64,000 nucleotides of DNA from Octopus vulgaris (lineage: Eukaryota), in contig OX597814.1 in NCBI GenBank assembly GCA_951406725.2, positions 190,836,001 through 190,900,000 of the forward strand, read 5' to 3'. The notes under the pieces are model-generated. The model ran no database searches. It had not been told where the DNA came from and saw only the letters and a program-made list of their open reading frames with translations. How positions within the stretch are numbered: the stretch's first letter is position 1; each line of letters begins with the position of its first letter. Below are positions 1-13,357 of this stretch, piece by piece. The translations under genes were made by a program, and so were the position numbers.

Positions 1-910
1 ACTACCCACAAGGAGCTAAACACAGAGAGGACAAACAAGGACAGACAAACAATTTAAGTCGATTATATCGACCCCAGTGCGTAACTGATACTTAATTTAT
101 CGACCCGAAAGGATGAAAGGCAAAGTCTACCTCGGCGGAATTTGAACTCCGAACATAACGACAGACGAAATACGGCTACACATTTCGCCCAGCGTGCTAA
201 TGTTTCTGCCAGCTTGCCGTCTCATACCTTGGTGGTTTTATCATGAGTGAGGGCCCCAATAGATTAAAAGCACCTTAATTGAAAACAGACTTGTAAGGGT
301 CAATGACAGGGAAGGCACTTGACTGTAGAACACTTCCTCAATATGTCTCATCCAACCCACACCAGCATTAGAAAAAGTGACCCTGAATGATGACTAATAT
401 ATTTGTCTAATCTTGTTGTCTGTAGGATGACTTCCATCCTTTCTTTTCAAGTAGCTACACATTACATGAAAGGCAGATAGACTAATTTGTGTACTTGATC
501 CACTTTACTGTAATATATAAGCCTATGTTTTTTATCAACATTGTTTGTGAGTCCTGATAATGTACAAGATGAGGAGAACAGGATGATGTTGTGGGAGCCA
601 TTACTGATTGGAAAACCACTAGTGGTTCTCAACTGAGGGCCCGTATGACCCTTTGTTGTGGTCCGTACTCTCTTTACTCTTTTACTTGTCTCAGTCATTT
701 GACTGTGGCCAAGCTGGAGCACCGCCTTTAGTCGTGCAAAACGACCCCAGGACTTATTCTTTGTAAGCCTAGTACTTATTCTATTGGTCTCTCTTGCTGA
801 AGTGCTAAGTTGCGGGGACGTAAACACACCAGCATTGGTTGTCAAATGATGTTGGAGGGACAATCACAGACACACAAATATATATACACACATACATATA
901 TATATGTGTA

Positions 911-956
<46 letters not shown>

Positions 957-2784
957 GAAATGAGGTAATCAGAAGATCGGATGGTTCATGTTTATAGATA
1001 TTTATTTATATATTACATTTTTTACATATATATATCATATCATTCAGATCATATCATTCAGATTATTAGCGCTTTCTCCCATTCCAGTGGGGTTTTCAAA
1101 TCAAATTAATTCCTTTGTGGGGAATTTGATCATTTTATAGAGTTTCGTAGTAGTGAGGAGGAACAAGACAGTATAAGAGGGTGAGGTGGATGAGGAGGAA
1201 GTGAGAGAGAGAACATGTGTGTATGTATGTGTGTGTGTGTGTGTGTGTGTGTGCGTTTGTATCTGAGGCTAAAGAGAAAAAGGGGAACGGAGAGGGAAGA
1301 AGAAGAATATATACATATATATATACATGACAGACTTCTTTCAGTTTCCGTCTACCAAATCCACTCATAAGGCTTTGGTCGGCCCGAGGCTATAGTAGAA
1401 GACACTTGCCCAAGGTGCCACGCAGTGGTACTGAACCCGGAACCATGTGATTCATAAGCAAGCTACTTACCACACAGCCACTCCTACGCCTGTGTTAAAT
1501 TTAATACTTATTTATTTACATTGTTTTGAATTAATCATGCATTATTATCTCATAGCTTTGAGATTTTTATGATGTGATTGTTTATTTTTAGAGTGACATT
1601 TTAGGGTAGGTGTGAAAGGTGGATCTGGTCAGTTTGAACATAACATGGATAAAATATCTGGGTTAGATATGGCCAATTTAAATGCTAAGGGGTGAAACAA
1701 CAACAATTTTTTAGTTGGTAGATTGGCGGTGTCATTAGAGCAGTGTGTGGTATTTGTTTTGAATTTCTGAAGTCTAAGTTCAAATCCTACCATGGACAAC
1801 TTTCATCTGTTTGGAATCGATAAAAATGTACCAATCCAGGGCAATGGATTGATGGAACTGTAAGGATGTTGGGCTGGATTCCTCGTGGCATTTGTTTCAG
1901 TCCTTTGTGCTCCTGAATTCAAATCCTACCAACACCAGCTTTCAAGGACAATAAAATAACATTCCTGTCTCACTCAGTCATTTCCTTGTTCAATGGGGCT
2001 CAAGTAATCCCAGGGGTATCATTATGCATAGAGTTGACTAAGTCCACCAGTGCCCCCCATCCATTGCTGGTGGTCCCATGTCAGCCCCTCTGCATCTCTC
2101 AAGATGACATCAAACCTCTGGAGACCTTCTTTAATCATGTCCAGCCATCTGGTACAGAGCCTGCCACAGGACCTCTTCCAGCCTGCAGCTGCTGCAGTGG
2201 AGGTGCAATGGCCCAGTGGTTAGGGCAGCAGACTCGCAGTCGGAGGATCGCAGTTTCGATTCCCAGACCAGGCGTTGTGTGTGTTTATTGAGCAAAAAAC
2301 ACCTAAAGCTCCACGAGGCTCCGACAGGAAGTGGTGGCAACCCCTGTTGTACTCTTTCACCCCAACTTTCTCTCACTCTTTCTTCCTGTTTCTTGTCCCC
2401 GACTTCCTATGCAACCGCTGAGCCTGGATGCGCATTCATCCATTCATCGACGCTCTTGGTGTCGGGGGTTGACCTGCTTTCTCTTCTGTGGATCTTACGA
2501 ATGGTGAAGGACCACGTTTTGGACTTCTCCCACTAAACTCTGGGACGAAGACCGCTTCGCTCAACAAACAAACAAACAAACAAGCAGCTGCTGTAATGAA
2601 CAAGAGTAAGGCTATGATAGGACAATCTGGCAAGAAGTAAGGATGTCCATACCAGTGCATGCAGTGGATGGCTATGGGGGGGAAGGTTGTGGGCTGATGA
2701 ATGCAGCTCATCACATACCCTTCTAGGTTAGTTAGAGCACCATAACATTTGTTCTGTCTTTTTGCATTCTATGTTTTTTGCATA

Positions 2785-5700
2785 CATGAAGTCATTGCCA
2801 TTGGGGTGCCAGAAGACATGGCTGATCTTCAGGCTTTTGCTGCCAACTCAGCCAAAGACCTAGGCTGCGTTCCCCCAACGGGTGCTATCCGCCTTGGACG
2901 ACCTGGCCCAAAACCTAGGCTCATCAAGTTGTCTTTTACGGACCCCACTGAGGCAACCTCTTACCATCTGGCCTCAGTTAAAGCTGGGCGGGAAAATCGG
3001 ACCACCTTCCGAACACGCCCAGGCTTACCATCCGATGTACGCCCAAAGCTACGTGTAGTGGCTTCCCTGAATAGGAACTCAGCTCTACAGGAAAGCTTCA
3101 GTCTTCGGGAAGATGGACAAATCTGGAGATTTGTCAAGACTGCTGAAACGTGGAAGAGAGATACCAGCTGGTCTGAGTGCTCTCTACCCACAATAACTAA
3201 AAAAACTACAGCAACTCAGGGAAACTAAGCCAGAACAACCTGCCATCCTCTACACACCATCATAAACTGCGAGCAGGGTACAAATTGTTGTCCTTAAATG
3301 CTCGCAGTTTATGCAACAAAATACATTTGTTCAACGCCTACGTCAGAAGTGTTGACCCTGACTTCATCACTGTCACGGAAACATGGGCGCATTCCTTACT
3401 CTGTGATGGGGTTTTCAACATTACGGGGTACAACCTCTTCCGTAAGGACCGCACTAACTGCCGTGGTGGTGGTGTGATGGTCTACGTTCGTTCAAATTTT
3501 TTGGTAATTCCTTGTGCCGATTTGAACGAATCACAAGAAGAAGTTTTTTTCTGTGACGTGCGTATGACCATGTCAACACTCCTACTTGGCGTTGTTTATC
3601 GTCCCCAAGTTACCATCGGGACACACAGCTTTGCAATGTCCTCCGAGCTGCTGCCAGGAAAACAGCCACTTATGTGTTTATTGCAGGCGATTTCAATCAT
3701 CCTGAGATCGATTGGGAGACCTTCCATTGGCCACAGAGTGCAAACGATTTTGTTGAGCTTGTGCTGGACTCAAACTGGTCACAAGTAGTCACCTCTCCAA
3801 CAAGAGGCGACAACACCTTGGACCTGCTCTTCACCACAACTCCTGAAGCGGTTATCAATTGCACTACGGAGGAACCTCTAGGTGACTCTGATCATGCTAT
3901 GATCATCGCCAATCTGGCTCTTGCGGGCAACAAAAACCTGAACCATCTCCAATCTGCTTCCTTCGATTGGAAGAGAGCAGATTGGAAGCTGTACCACACT
4001 GAACTACAGCACCCAAACTGGCGTGAATTCTACAACTCTGGAGATGTGAATACTATACTCCAGAGTATCCTGGACTCAATATGGGCAGCATGTGCAGCAT
4101 CAGTGCCACGTAAACAAAAAAGAAGAACCGCCCCAAAAGGGCAATTTGGGAAACTTCAGCGGTCCGACTTGCCAGGAGGGAACGTCGGACTGCTGAACGG
4201 GAATACAGGTTGCATAAATCAGACACCAACAGGAAGAAGCGGAATAAATCCTCCAACCATCTCAAGCAAGTGACAAAAAAAGCAGTGCTTGAATTTGAAC
4301 AGTGCATAGCAGCCAATCCTGACAGCAAGGTTTTCTGGAAATATGTGCACTCAAAGCAGAGACCTCACTCTCCAGTGGGCCCTCTTCGCAACCCTCACAC
4401 AAACCAGATCACTGACGACCCCAAGGAATGCGCAGAACTCATTGCCGAGTGCTATGCAAACATATTCACTGTTGAAAGTCAAAATGTACCATCTTCACCA
4501 TCACTAACAGCAAACTCCATAACAACTATGGAATTTACACCTGCAATGCTGCGACGTCACCTTCAAAATAAGCGCAACTATGCCTCCCCTGGTCTCGATG
4601 GAGTTACATACCTGCTTCTCAAACGTGGCAGGCACTTCCTTTTACACCAGCTTTCTATTTTCTTCCAGTACTGTCTCAACAATGGTGCTACTCCGGAGCA
4701 GTGGAAAACTGCCAGTGTCATTCCTCTGTTCAAAAAGGGCGACCGCACATCACCTGTCAACTATCGCCCAGTCAGTCTCACTAGCTGTATTGCAAAACTG
4801 ATGGAATCGTGTGTCAGAGAAACACTCTGGAACTTCTGGAGCTCTCACAGTCTCATCCGACCCTCACAATATGGATTTGTCCCTAACTCCAGCTGCAGTG
4901 ACCAGCTTGTCGAGTTCCTTGAGGACATTACTCAGATTACTGACAGTGGCTCATGGGTGGATGTTGTCTACCTTGACTTTGCTAAGGCTTTCAACTCTGT
5001 GCCACACAAAAGGCTTATGGTGAAACTCTCTGCAATGGGTGTGGGGGATGACCTTTTTAACTGGTTGAAATCCTTCATCCTCAGCCGAGAGGAGGTAGTC
5101 ACAGTTCTAGGACAGCACTCTACACCATATGAGATGTCATCGGGTGTACCACAGGGATCTGTCCTTGGCCCCCTCTTGTTTGTGGCATACATTAACGACA
5201 TAGATGCCAATTTAAAGAATGCCACAGTATTGAAATATGCAGACGACATCAAGCTGTACCTTGAAATCAAGAGGACAGATCCTGATGTCTACAACTCTTT
5301 CCTGCAATCAGACCTAGACACAATGCAGCAATGGATCACAGACTGGCAACTGAAACTGGCTGTGGACAAGTGTACCACCATGCATTTTGGGAGAAAAAAC
5401 CCTGCGTTCACATACTCCCTCCACAACACTGATATCAAGAAATCCTCTTGCGAGCGTGACCTAGGCATCACTGTCAGCAGTGATTTGCGTTGGTCAAAGC
5501 ATATCTCTAAGATTGTCAGGAAGGCCGAGGGTGTCTTGGCATCACTCAGCAGGTCTTTTGTTAGCCGCTCTCCAGCCATCTATTTAAAACTGTATACAGC
5601 TATGGTACGACCACACTTGGAATTCGCATCATCAGTTTGGAACCCCTATCTTGCACAGAACATTGACCTCCTGGAATCTGTCCAGAGACGTGCAACCAAA

Positions 5701-6120
5701 CGCATACCCTCCACCAGACACCTACCATATTCTGAGCGCCTTGTTTCCCTGGGCATGGATTCACTGAAGCTCCGGCGTTTGGCGACGGACTTGGTAAACA
5801 CCCACAAAGTTATCAACCACCTCACCAACAACAACACTGAACACCTTTTTGATCTCCATGTGTCTAACACACGTGGACATGCCTACAAAGTCAGAAAACA
5901 ATACAGCTCCCATGACTTTCGGAAACATTTTTTCACGCTCAGAGTTGCTGAAGCATGGAATAAACTGCCTGCGTCAGTTGTTGACTGCCATGACACTGCA
6001 TCTTTTAAGGCCCTCATGCTTTCCGAAATCTGCCGAAACTTCACCTGATTATATATACACTTTAGATGAGTTGTAGTGCACCTGAGCACTGTACACAATT
6101 ATTATTATTATTATTATTAT
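2785..6120 (+). mobile_element. CR1-clade LINE, 5'-truncated in ORF1; ORF2 (APE endonuclease + RT) broken by about two frameshifts; (ATT)n tail
   Basis: ORF1 remnant (IRLGRPGPKPRLIKLSF). APE motifs LNARSL, VTETW, RGGGV, VYRP, GDFN, LDL, SDH across ORFs 3285-3788 and 3674-4273. RT motifs NYRPVSLTS, YLDFAKAF, GVPQGSVLGP, YADD, RDLG in the 612-aa ORF 4210-6048. Tail attattatt 6098-6120. Confidence 0.95.
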
Positions 6121-6262
6121 GTTGTTGGGTGGCAGACTTAATCTGTTACTCTGCTTTGACATCACCACTGTGTCTTTAAGTGCCCGTAGTGAAGTCCACT
6201 CTGTTACAAGCAGTCAGGCTAGGTTCCTGGTTTGAGGATATCTTACATTCTTCCTCCCACCA

Positions 6263-7052
6263 ATCTTGGAAGCCCTGTAAAGGGTCATAGACATTGACTT
6301 CCTACCTTACTAAAAATGAAAAAAGAAAATTTTTTAAAAAATTAAAACCATGTTAGTGGAGTTTTTTTTTATTTTTTAAATTTACTTTTGAATAATTCCA
6401 TAAAATCCAATATGAAAATCTTAGAAGCCCTGTAAAGGGTCATAGACATTGACTTCCTACCTTACTAAAAATGAAAAAAGAAAATTTTTTAAAAAATTAA
6501 AACCATGTTAGTGGAGTTTTTTTTTATTTTTTAAATTTACTTTTGAATAATTCCATAAAATTCAATATGAAAATCTTAGAAGCCCTATAAAGGGTCGTAG
6601 ACATTAACTTCCTACCTTACTAAAAATAAAAAAATAAAATTTTTTTTTTAGATTAAAACCATGTTAATGGAGTTTTTTAAAAATTTTTTTATTTAATTTT
6701 GAATAATTCCAGTTAAAATCCAACATGAAGATCTTGGAAGCCCTATAAAGGGTCATAGACATCGACTTCCTACCTTACTAAAAATAAAAAAATAAAATAT
6801 TTAAAAAAAATTAAAACCATGTTAATGGAGGTTTTTTTTATTTTAAATTTTTTTATTTACTTTTGAATAATCCAGTTAAAATCCAACATAAAATTTTGGA
6901 AGCCCTGTATAGGATCATAGACATTGACTTCCTACCTTACTAAAAATAAAAAAAGAAAATTTTTTTTTTAGATTAAAACCATGAATTAATGGAGTTTTTA
7001 AAAAAAATTTTTTATTTAATTTTGAATAATTCCAGTTAAAATCCAACATGAA
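6263..7052 (+). repeat. Tandem repeat of five 155-162 bp units that includes the CEP95 last-exon acceptor
   Basis: Units start near 6263, 6418, 6573, 6731 and 6893 (atcttggaagccctgtaaagggtcatagacattgacttcctaccttactaaaa...aataattccagttaaaatccaacatga). Confidence 0.92.
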
Positions 7053-7221
7053 AAAAGAGTTACGTAGCAAGATGGAGAAAGACATCCACACCATCCAGAA
7101 GCAACTGTGTGATGACGATGACCACATTCACTTCCGTCAACTCGACACCGACAGGTTAAAACAAGAGTTACAAATGGCTAATTATATTTTTAAATCTCGA
7201 CCGTATCAGTACGTTGAATGA
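7036..7221 (+). CDS. CEP95: Terminal coding exon of a CEP95 (CCDC45)-like centrosomal coiled-coil protein; upstream exons lie left of the window
   Basis: AT/pyrimidine-rich acceptor ...aataattccAG|; phase-0 frame LKSNMKKELRSKMEKDIHTIQKQLCDDDDHIHFRQLDTDRLKQELQMANYIFKSRPYQYVE* (TGA 7219-7221). It resembles, from memory, the CEP95 C-terminus (KRELRSKMEKEIQ..Q......DDD..FR.LE..R....LQ.A). Unique non-repetitive sequence; possible ATTAAA polyA signal near 7417. Confidence 0.72.
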   Translation, partial: LKSNMKKELRSKMEKDIHTIQKQLCDDDDHIHFRQLDTDRLKQELQMANYIFKSRPYQYVE

Positions 7222-7568
7222 TTCGTTAAAGAGACAACAGTAATCAGCAATCCTTTCTCGATGGTCATCTGACATCCATCAACACCACCAAACGTGCAGA
7301 ACGAACTTGATGACTGATTGATTAACTTTTCAAACAAGATTTCATTTCCATGTAAATATATGCAATACATAAAGCAGATAACATTCGTTTCCATCATCTA
7401 ACTAAAACAGCAAATAATTAAAACTAATTTTTTTCTCCTCCTGTTCTGCTGCCATTTTGAAAGCATTAAGTGCTGCATGGCCCCTTGGGCAAGTGTCTTC
7501 TATTATAGCCTCGGGTCGACCAAAGCCTTGTGAGTGGATTTTGTAGATGGAAACTGAAAGAATTCCGT

Positions 7569-7637
<69 letters not shown>

Positions 7638-7844
7638 GTATATGTTTGTGCGTCTGAGTTTGTCCCCCAACATCGCTTGACAACTGATGCTGGTGTGCTT
7701 ACGTCCCCGTAACTTAGCGGTTCAGCAAAAGAGACCGATAGAATAAGTACCAGGCTTACAAAGAATAAGTTCTGGTGTCGATTTGCTCGACTAAAGGTGG
7801 TGCTCCAGCATGGCCACAGTCCAATGACTGAAACAAGTAAAAAA

Positions 7845-7878
<34 letters not shown>

Positions 7879-8061
7879 CAAATAAGAAAATGGAGAAACA
7901 ATTTAGTTGGTTCATCAGCTTTCGGATATTAGAATGTTGACTTATTTATTCATTTAGCAAAAACGAGAACCTTAATAGCATACATAAGTGTGTGTATAAT
8001 ATAAATATATATATATATTGCACATATATGTATGATGTATATACATGTGAGCATGTATATA

Positions 8062-9036
8062 CAGGGTGCAGTAAATAAATTGTTGTGTAAATTAAACAAA
8101 AATGAAAGTAAAATGGACATCTCATTTTAACAGATATATTTACCAAAATTACATAAAAATTTCTTGAAATACTAAAGAGTAAATTTATTTAATAAAATCG
8201 TCATTGATTTCAACCACAGCCTCCAGACAACTTCGAAATCTCCTACAATTCTTCTGGACAGTCTCCTTGTTTAAGTTGGTCAATGCTGCCATAATCCTTG
8301 CCTTCAGTTCATCTTTGGTGTTACAAAGAGTTTTGTTGGTCTCTTACTCAACTGCAACCCTCACAATAATCAATGGGGTAGCAGCCTGGGGAGTTAGGTG
8401 GCCAGATATTAGGGGTGATGTGGTCACAGAAATTGTCTGACAGCTACAACTGGGTCCTCCTACTTGTGTGGCATGGTGCAGAGTCCTGTTGCTAGACATA
8501 GGGTGTTCCAGCTGCCACCCTCTTGACCCAGGGCAGTACTACCTCCTCCAGGTACTTGATGTAGGCCTCTGTGTTGAATCTGAAGTCGTTTGGGAAGATG
8601 AATGGAGGCATAATGTCACCATCACTAGTTATCACTCTAAACACCATAATGTTGATTGGATGTTTGATTTTTATCACTCTCAATACATGTTTTGGGGACA
8701 CGGCAAGCCAACAGTTGTTCTGTGTGTTCACCATCTGATCCTGGCAGAAATTTTTCTTGTCTGAGAAAAACCAAAGCATGGGATGCTTGAGTTTGTTCAA
8801 AAGCTTCATAGTACGGTCTTTCCTCTTCTCCTTGATGGTTTGGGATAAAAGTTGACCCTTTCTCATCTTGTGTGAGGAATACTAAATGTCTTCATGCACT
8901 ACCTGTCTGATAAGAAGCTCAGACACTCCCATGTCCCTGGCAATGGGCCTGATTGATTTGGAGGGATTGTTGTCAATCATGGCCTGGATCTCACCAACAA
9001 AGTCGCCTATTGTCCTTGCCTTCGAAATGCGGAGTA
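8062..9036 (-). mobile_element. Degenerate Tc1/mariner-superfamily transposase, DD37D (maT-like)
   Basis: WFFSD(E)KNF...MVF....SDG..MPPFIF and QQDSAPCHTSRRTQL*LSDNFCDHITPNIWPPNSPGCYPIDY, with 37 residues between the 2nd and 3rd D; internal stops; TA-CAGGGTG terminus at about 8062. Confidence 0.88.
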
Positions 9037-10872
9037 GATGAAACAGGGACAACTGAAGAAGGGGAATATTCTTTATGTTGCATGTCTCGTTTCTCTGTTT
9101 GTTTTTTTTCATTGTTTGAAAAAAGTTTGTTTTCTATGTTTTTGTTTTCATGGTTTCTTTTCTCATTGTGTTCAACGTTTTTTTTTTATGTCCTGTACCC
9201 ATATATGCATGTGTATATACATATATATGGAGGTATATACATATATATATGTATATATTCATATATTTATATATTATCTATATCATCATCATCATTTAAC
9301 GTCTGTTTTCCATGCTAGCATGGGTTGAACGGTTCAACCGGGGTCTGGGAACCCAGAAGGCTACACCAGGCTCCAGTCTGATCTGGCAGTGTTTCTACAG
9401 CTGGATGCCCTTCCTAATGCCAACCACTCCGTGGGTTCTTTTTACGTGCCAGGCGAGGCTGGCAACGGCCACGATCAGTTGGTGCTTTTTACGTGCCACC
9501 GGCACGGAAGCCAGTCATGGCGGCGCTGGCATCGGTCACGTTTGGATGGTGCTTTTTATGTGCCACCGGCACAGGGATCACAACTACAATTTCCATTGAT
9601 TTTTGATGTTGATGTACTTGACTCAATAGGTCTCCTCAAGCACAGGGTCGAAACGGTGTTTCTTTACTTGCCACCTGCACAGATGCCAAGTTCTATTGTC
9701 TTCTTTGGCATGGTTTCTGCAGCTGGATGTCCTTCCTTACATCAACCACTTTATAGAGTGTACTTATTGCTTTTTACACAGCACCAGCACGGTCACCAAG
9801 TGACTTGCTAGACAAGATCCCTCAACTGAAGGGAAAATAGTTTTGGGGGAGGTGGCTTAGTGCCAGTTGATGAGAGGTTAGAGTATGACTAGAGGGACAG
9901 AAATAGGTGACTTGTGGTAGAAGAGATCCATAGCTACCTTAGTTGAAGAGAGAGTGGAGAGAGCGAAGATGGTGGAGATGTACTGGGGGCACACTCGAGT
10001 TGCAGGGAGGTTTGTATAAGTGATGTGAAACCAAGGGATGCGTAGGGTGAGTGAGTGGGTAAGCTCAAAAGGGGAGCTGATTATGGAGAAGGAGGGGAAG
10101 GAATGTAGTGAGTGGACATGGCAGGAGGGAGTAGTATTAAGAAGATATTTTGTAGGGAAGAGATTTGACAGAGGTCCATTATGTGCAGGTAAGGTCATGA
10201 GGGTGTGAAGGGAGTGGAGAACCTAAGTAGAGGGAGGAGGTGTTAGGATGATGGGTTATGAAGAAGAGGCTTGTCAGGAGTAGATTGTGTGCAGGGGTAT
10301 GGACATAAATGACCGCCTGTATGACCTTGCTTTTACATAATTAGACATGTTTTCTCAAGCACAGCAAATAGCCAATTATTTCAGGCCTTTGTTGTCTCCT
10401 CTGTGAGGCTTAACATCTGAAGAAAAGTTTTCACCACTTCATCCCATATTTTCCTAGGTTTTCTTCTTCCTCAGGTTCCTTCCATATGTAGAGATTGGCA
10501 CTTTAGCTGTTCATACACAAGCATCATACAATTCCCTGATAACTCTAGGGAAGAGGCCCTTAGTAACCAACATGGGTAAAAGCTCTCTGAACTTTACCCA
10601 GCTGGCTCTTATTCTCCTCCATTGCTAATCTGGTCGCCTAGGTAACAGAAACTATCTGCCATCTTGAAGGATTCCCTTGAGCATTGGAGGAAATCTATTT
10701 CCCATATGTGCCTAGTGTTTATAGTTCCTGCACATCCACCTCTCACAAAGACTACTTTCTCTGTTAATCTTCCTCTGATTCCACTGCCCCACTTATGTAT
10801 CTATACATTGCACTGGGTACACATAGAATTTCTACCTGCTCCTTTTCTACATACCAAACAGAGCCATTTCCC

Positions 10873-11100
10873 TTAACCCTTTTGTTATTAACCTGGCCAA
10901 AACCAGCTCTGGCTCTGTGGTAAAATGTCTTGTTTTCATAAGTTTTGAATTAGAATATTCCACTAAGCCTTAGTCACAATTTACATTCCTAACACTAGCT
11001 TAATGATAACTCAGTTATTTTACTAAATTCTTTGTTATACTTAAAATAATTGAAAGAAACACAGAGCATCTCGAAATAAATACAGTAACGAAAGGGTTAA
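10873..11100. mobile_element. piggyBac-like MITE (TTAA-CCCTTT...AAAGGG-TTAA)
   Basis: TTAA flanks and CCCTTT/AAAGGG terminal inverted repeats; same family as 16009-16742. Confidence 0.75.
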
Positions 11101-11889
11101 GGAATTAATAATTTATCTGCTTTCCTACTTACAAGTACTTTGGTCTTTGCTAAATTAATGCTAAGGCCCTTTGATTCCAAGCCTTGCTTCTACTCCTGAA
11201 ATTCCTTCCCTAATTCTACAAAAGATTCAGCTATAAGAACAAAGTAATCAGCTAAGCTCCTGTGGGCAACCAGTTTTAATTTCCCCCAAATCCGCTCACA
11301 AGGCTTTGGTTAACCTGAGGATATAGTTAGTAGAAGACACTTGTCCAAGGTGCTACACTGTGGATCTGAACCTGAAACTATGGTTGGTTGGTTGGTTGGT
11401 TGGGAAATAAATTATTCAGCCATGCAGCCACACCTCCACCTTTGTTGACCCACTCACTATAGCCACCCATATGTATCTCTAGCCTCCATTTCTCACATTC
11501 TGGCCTGATTCAGCCCTGTGGATCATTGGATCTTGTCAAACTATCCAACCCATTCCAGCTTGGAAAATGGACATTAAATGATAATGCTGTATACACACAC
11601 ACACATATATATGTGCATGCATGTGTTGAATGGAGTTTAATGAGGCATATTTTCTATGGCTGGATGCCCTTCCTCTTGCCAATGCTAGCCTATTTCCAAG
11701 CAGGATAATATTTTCCCATGACCAGATGTGTTTTTGCAGAATACTGGAAATGAATAACAGTGACACTCGTTTACAACTATCATGTGATGTGAAGAGAAAG
11801 TGACACAAACATACACACAGACAAATATTGATAATGTTCATTCTCTCTTTCCTCTTTATAAATTGTGTGACTCCGTCCATGTGTGTGTG

Positions 11890-11924
<35 letters not shown>

Positions 11925-11927
<3 letters not shown>

Positions 11928-12235
11928 GAGGTGTTATGGCCCAGTGGATAGGGCAGCGGACTTGCAGTCAGAGGATCGCGGTTTTAATTCCCAGACCAGG
12001 CGTTGTGTGTGTTTATTGAGCAAAAACACCTAAAGCTCCACAAGGCTCCGGCAGGGAGTGGTGGCGACCCCTGTTGTACTCTTTCGCTCCAACTTTCTCT
12101 CAGTCTTTCTTCCTGTTTCTTGAGTAACACTGCGATGGACTGGCGTCCCGTCCAGCTGGAGGGAACACATACGCCATAGAAACCAGGAAACCAGGCCCAT
12201 GAGCCTGGCTAGGCTTGAAAAGGGCGCATAAATAA
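11925..12235 (+). mobile_element. SINE family D: tRNA-derived head tggcccagtggttagggcagcggactcg...gtttcgattccc with variable tails. Copies at 2197-2585, 11925-12235, 14930-15290(-), 38530-38830(-), 55545-55822(-), 62270-62478(-)
   Basis: A/B boxes in the head; this copy has the V-domain-like tgcgatggactggcgtcccgtccag. Confidence 0.85.
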
Positions 12236-12245
12236 AATATATATA

Positions 12246-12632
12246 TCTCTCTCTATATAAACGGCAGTTTGTCTGTGCGTGTTTCTGTGTGTCTGTTTGG
12301 TTGTACCCTCACTCTGACCACGGCTTTCAACCGATTCTGATGAAACTTGACACACACATAGCCCAATGTCATAATTCAAAACTAACGCAGCGAAAATTTT
12401 GAAAAGTTCCCCCAGTTCTGAAAAAGATCGATAAATTCGAAATGGGGTCGACAATCAGAAACACAAACCACAGACTGTCTAGGGGACGCAACTCGACCTT
12501 TTTAACTATCAAAAAAAAAATTTACCATAATTTTTTTTCCCATTTTTTTGCTATTTTTTGGCTATAACTCTCTAAAAATGCTTTATAGTTATTTCCCTTA
12601 CAAACCCGAGCAACGCCGGGCGATACTGCTAG
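12246..12632 (+). mobile_element. Non-autonomous Helitron-like element
   Basis: 5' TC start in TA-rich flank; 3' hairpin cccgagcaacgccggg then CTAG|T (12629-12632); the same 3' end recurs at 63241-63268. Confidence 0.7.
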
Positions 12633-12644
12633 TATATATATATA

Positions 12645-13357
12645 CACACCTCCTCCTCAACTTACGAATGTGTCCCACTCCAACTGACAGGTCGTAAGTT
12701 GATCTAGTTGTATGTTAGATTTTTATTTTTCAACACTATTTTCATTCAAGCAGGTTATAAAAATATAAAACACAAAAATTTAATCCATTATTGTACATAA
12801 TGAAAAAAACATATGTACTCTATTGTACTGTAAACAAAAATACAGTCTAAAATTAATGTAAAAATTAATACAAATGATATTCTGTATATATATATACAAT
12901 AAAAAAATTGTTCCTATGAAAAATATCCAATTGAAAATAAATTTTTAATCTTCACAGTCATGTTCTTGGTTTGAAGTAGATGGTTTTGCGAGGAACATGG
13001 TGAGATTTGTTTGAATAGTTTTTTTCTTTTTTCTTCATATATCGTACAATAGCATCTTGAATGATACTTCAACCTTTGCAAAACATTTGACATTAGGGTC
13101 TATTGCTTTGAAACTGGTGAGAGCTGTCACTCTGTATGCTTTCAATTCAATCAACTCTTCATCTGAAAGTTCTTTTGTCTCACAATCTAGCCATATGTAT
13201 CCCTGGGTCTGAGGGAGGCCTGCAATGTCAGATGCTGCCATAGTTATCATACACACAGCTACCCAACGTCCGAAAATTGATTTCATATTTTAGCTTTTTA
13301 TTTATTTATCGTTTATGGTCGTAAGTTGCATAGGTTGTAAGTTGAGGAGAAATTGTA
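12645..13357 (-). mobile_element. Internally deleted pogo/Tigger-like DNA transposon
   Basis: Inverted termini ctcctcaacttacga.../...tcgtaagttg..gtaagttgaggag with TA flanks; remnant ELSDEELIELK...DPNVKCFAKV...KKTIQTNL typical of the Tigger transposase C-terminus. Confidence 0.65.

Noticed and set aside
426-485. Possible exon after tgtctgtAG (DDFHPFFSSSYTLHERQID*)
   Set aside because: No resemblance to the expected CEP95 penultimate exon, early stops and no good donor.
2197-2275. tRNA-like sequences (also 18995-19060 and 56855-56925)
   Set aside because: SINE heads with A/B boxes but no intact cloverleaf or acceptor stem, always followed by a SINE body.
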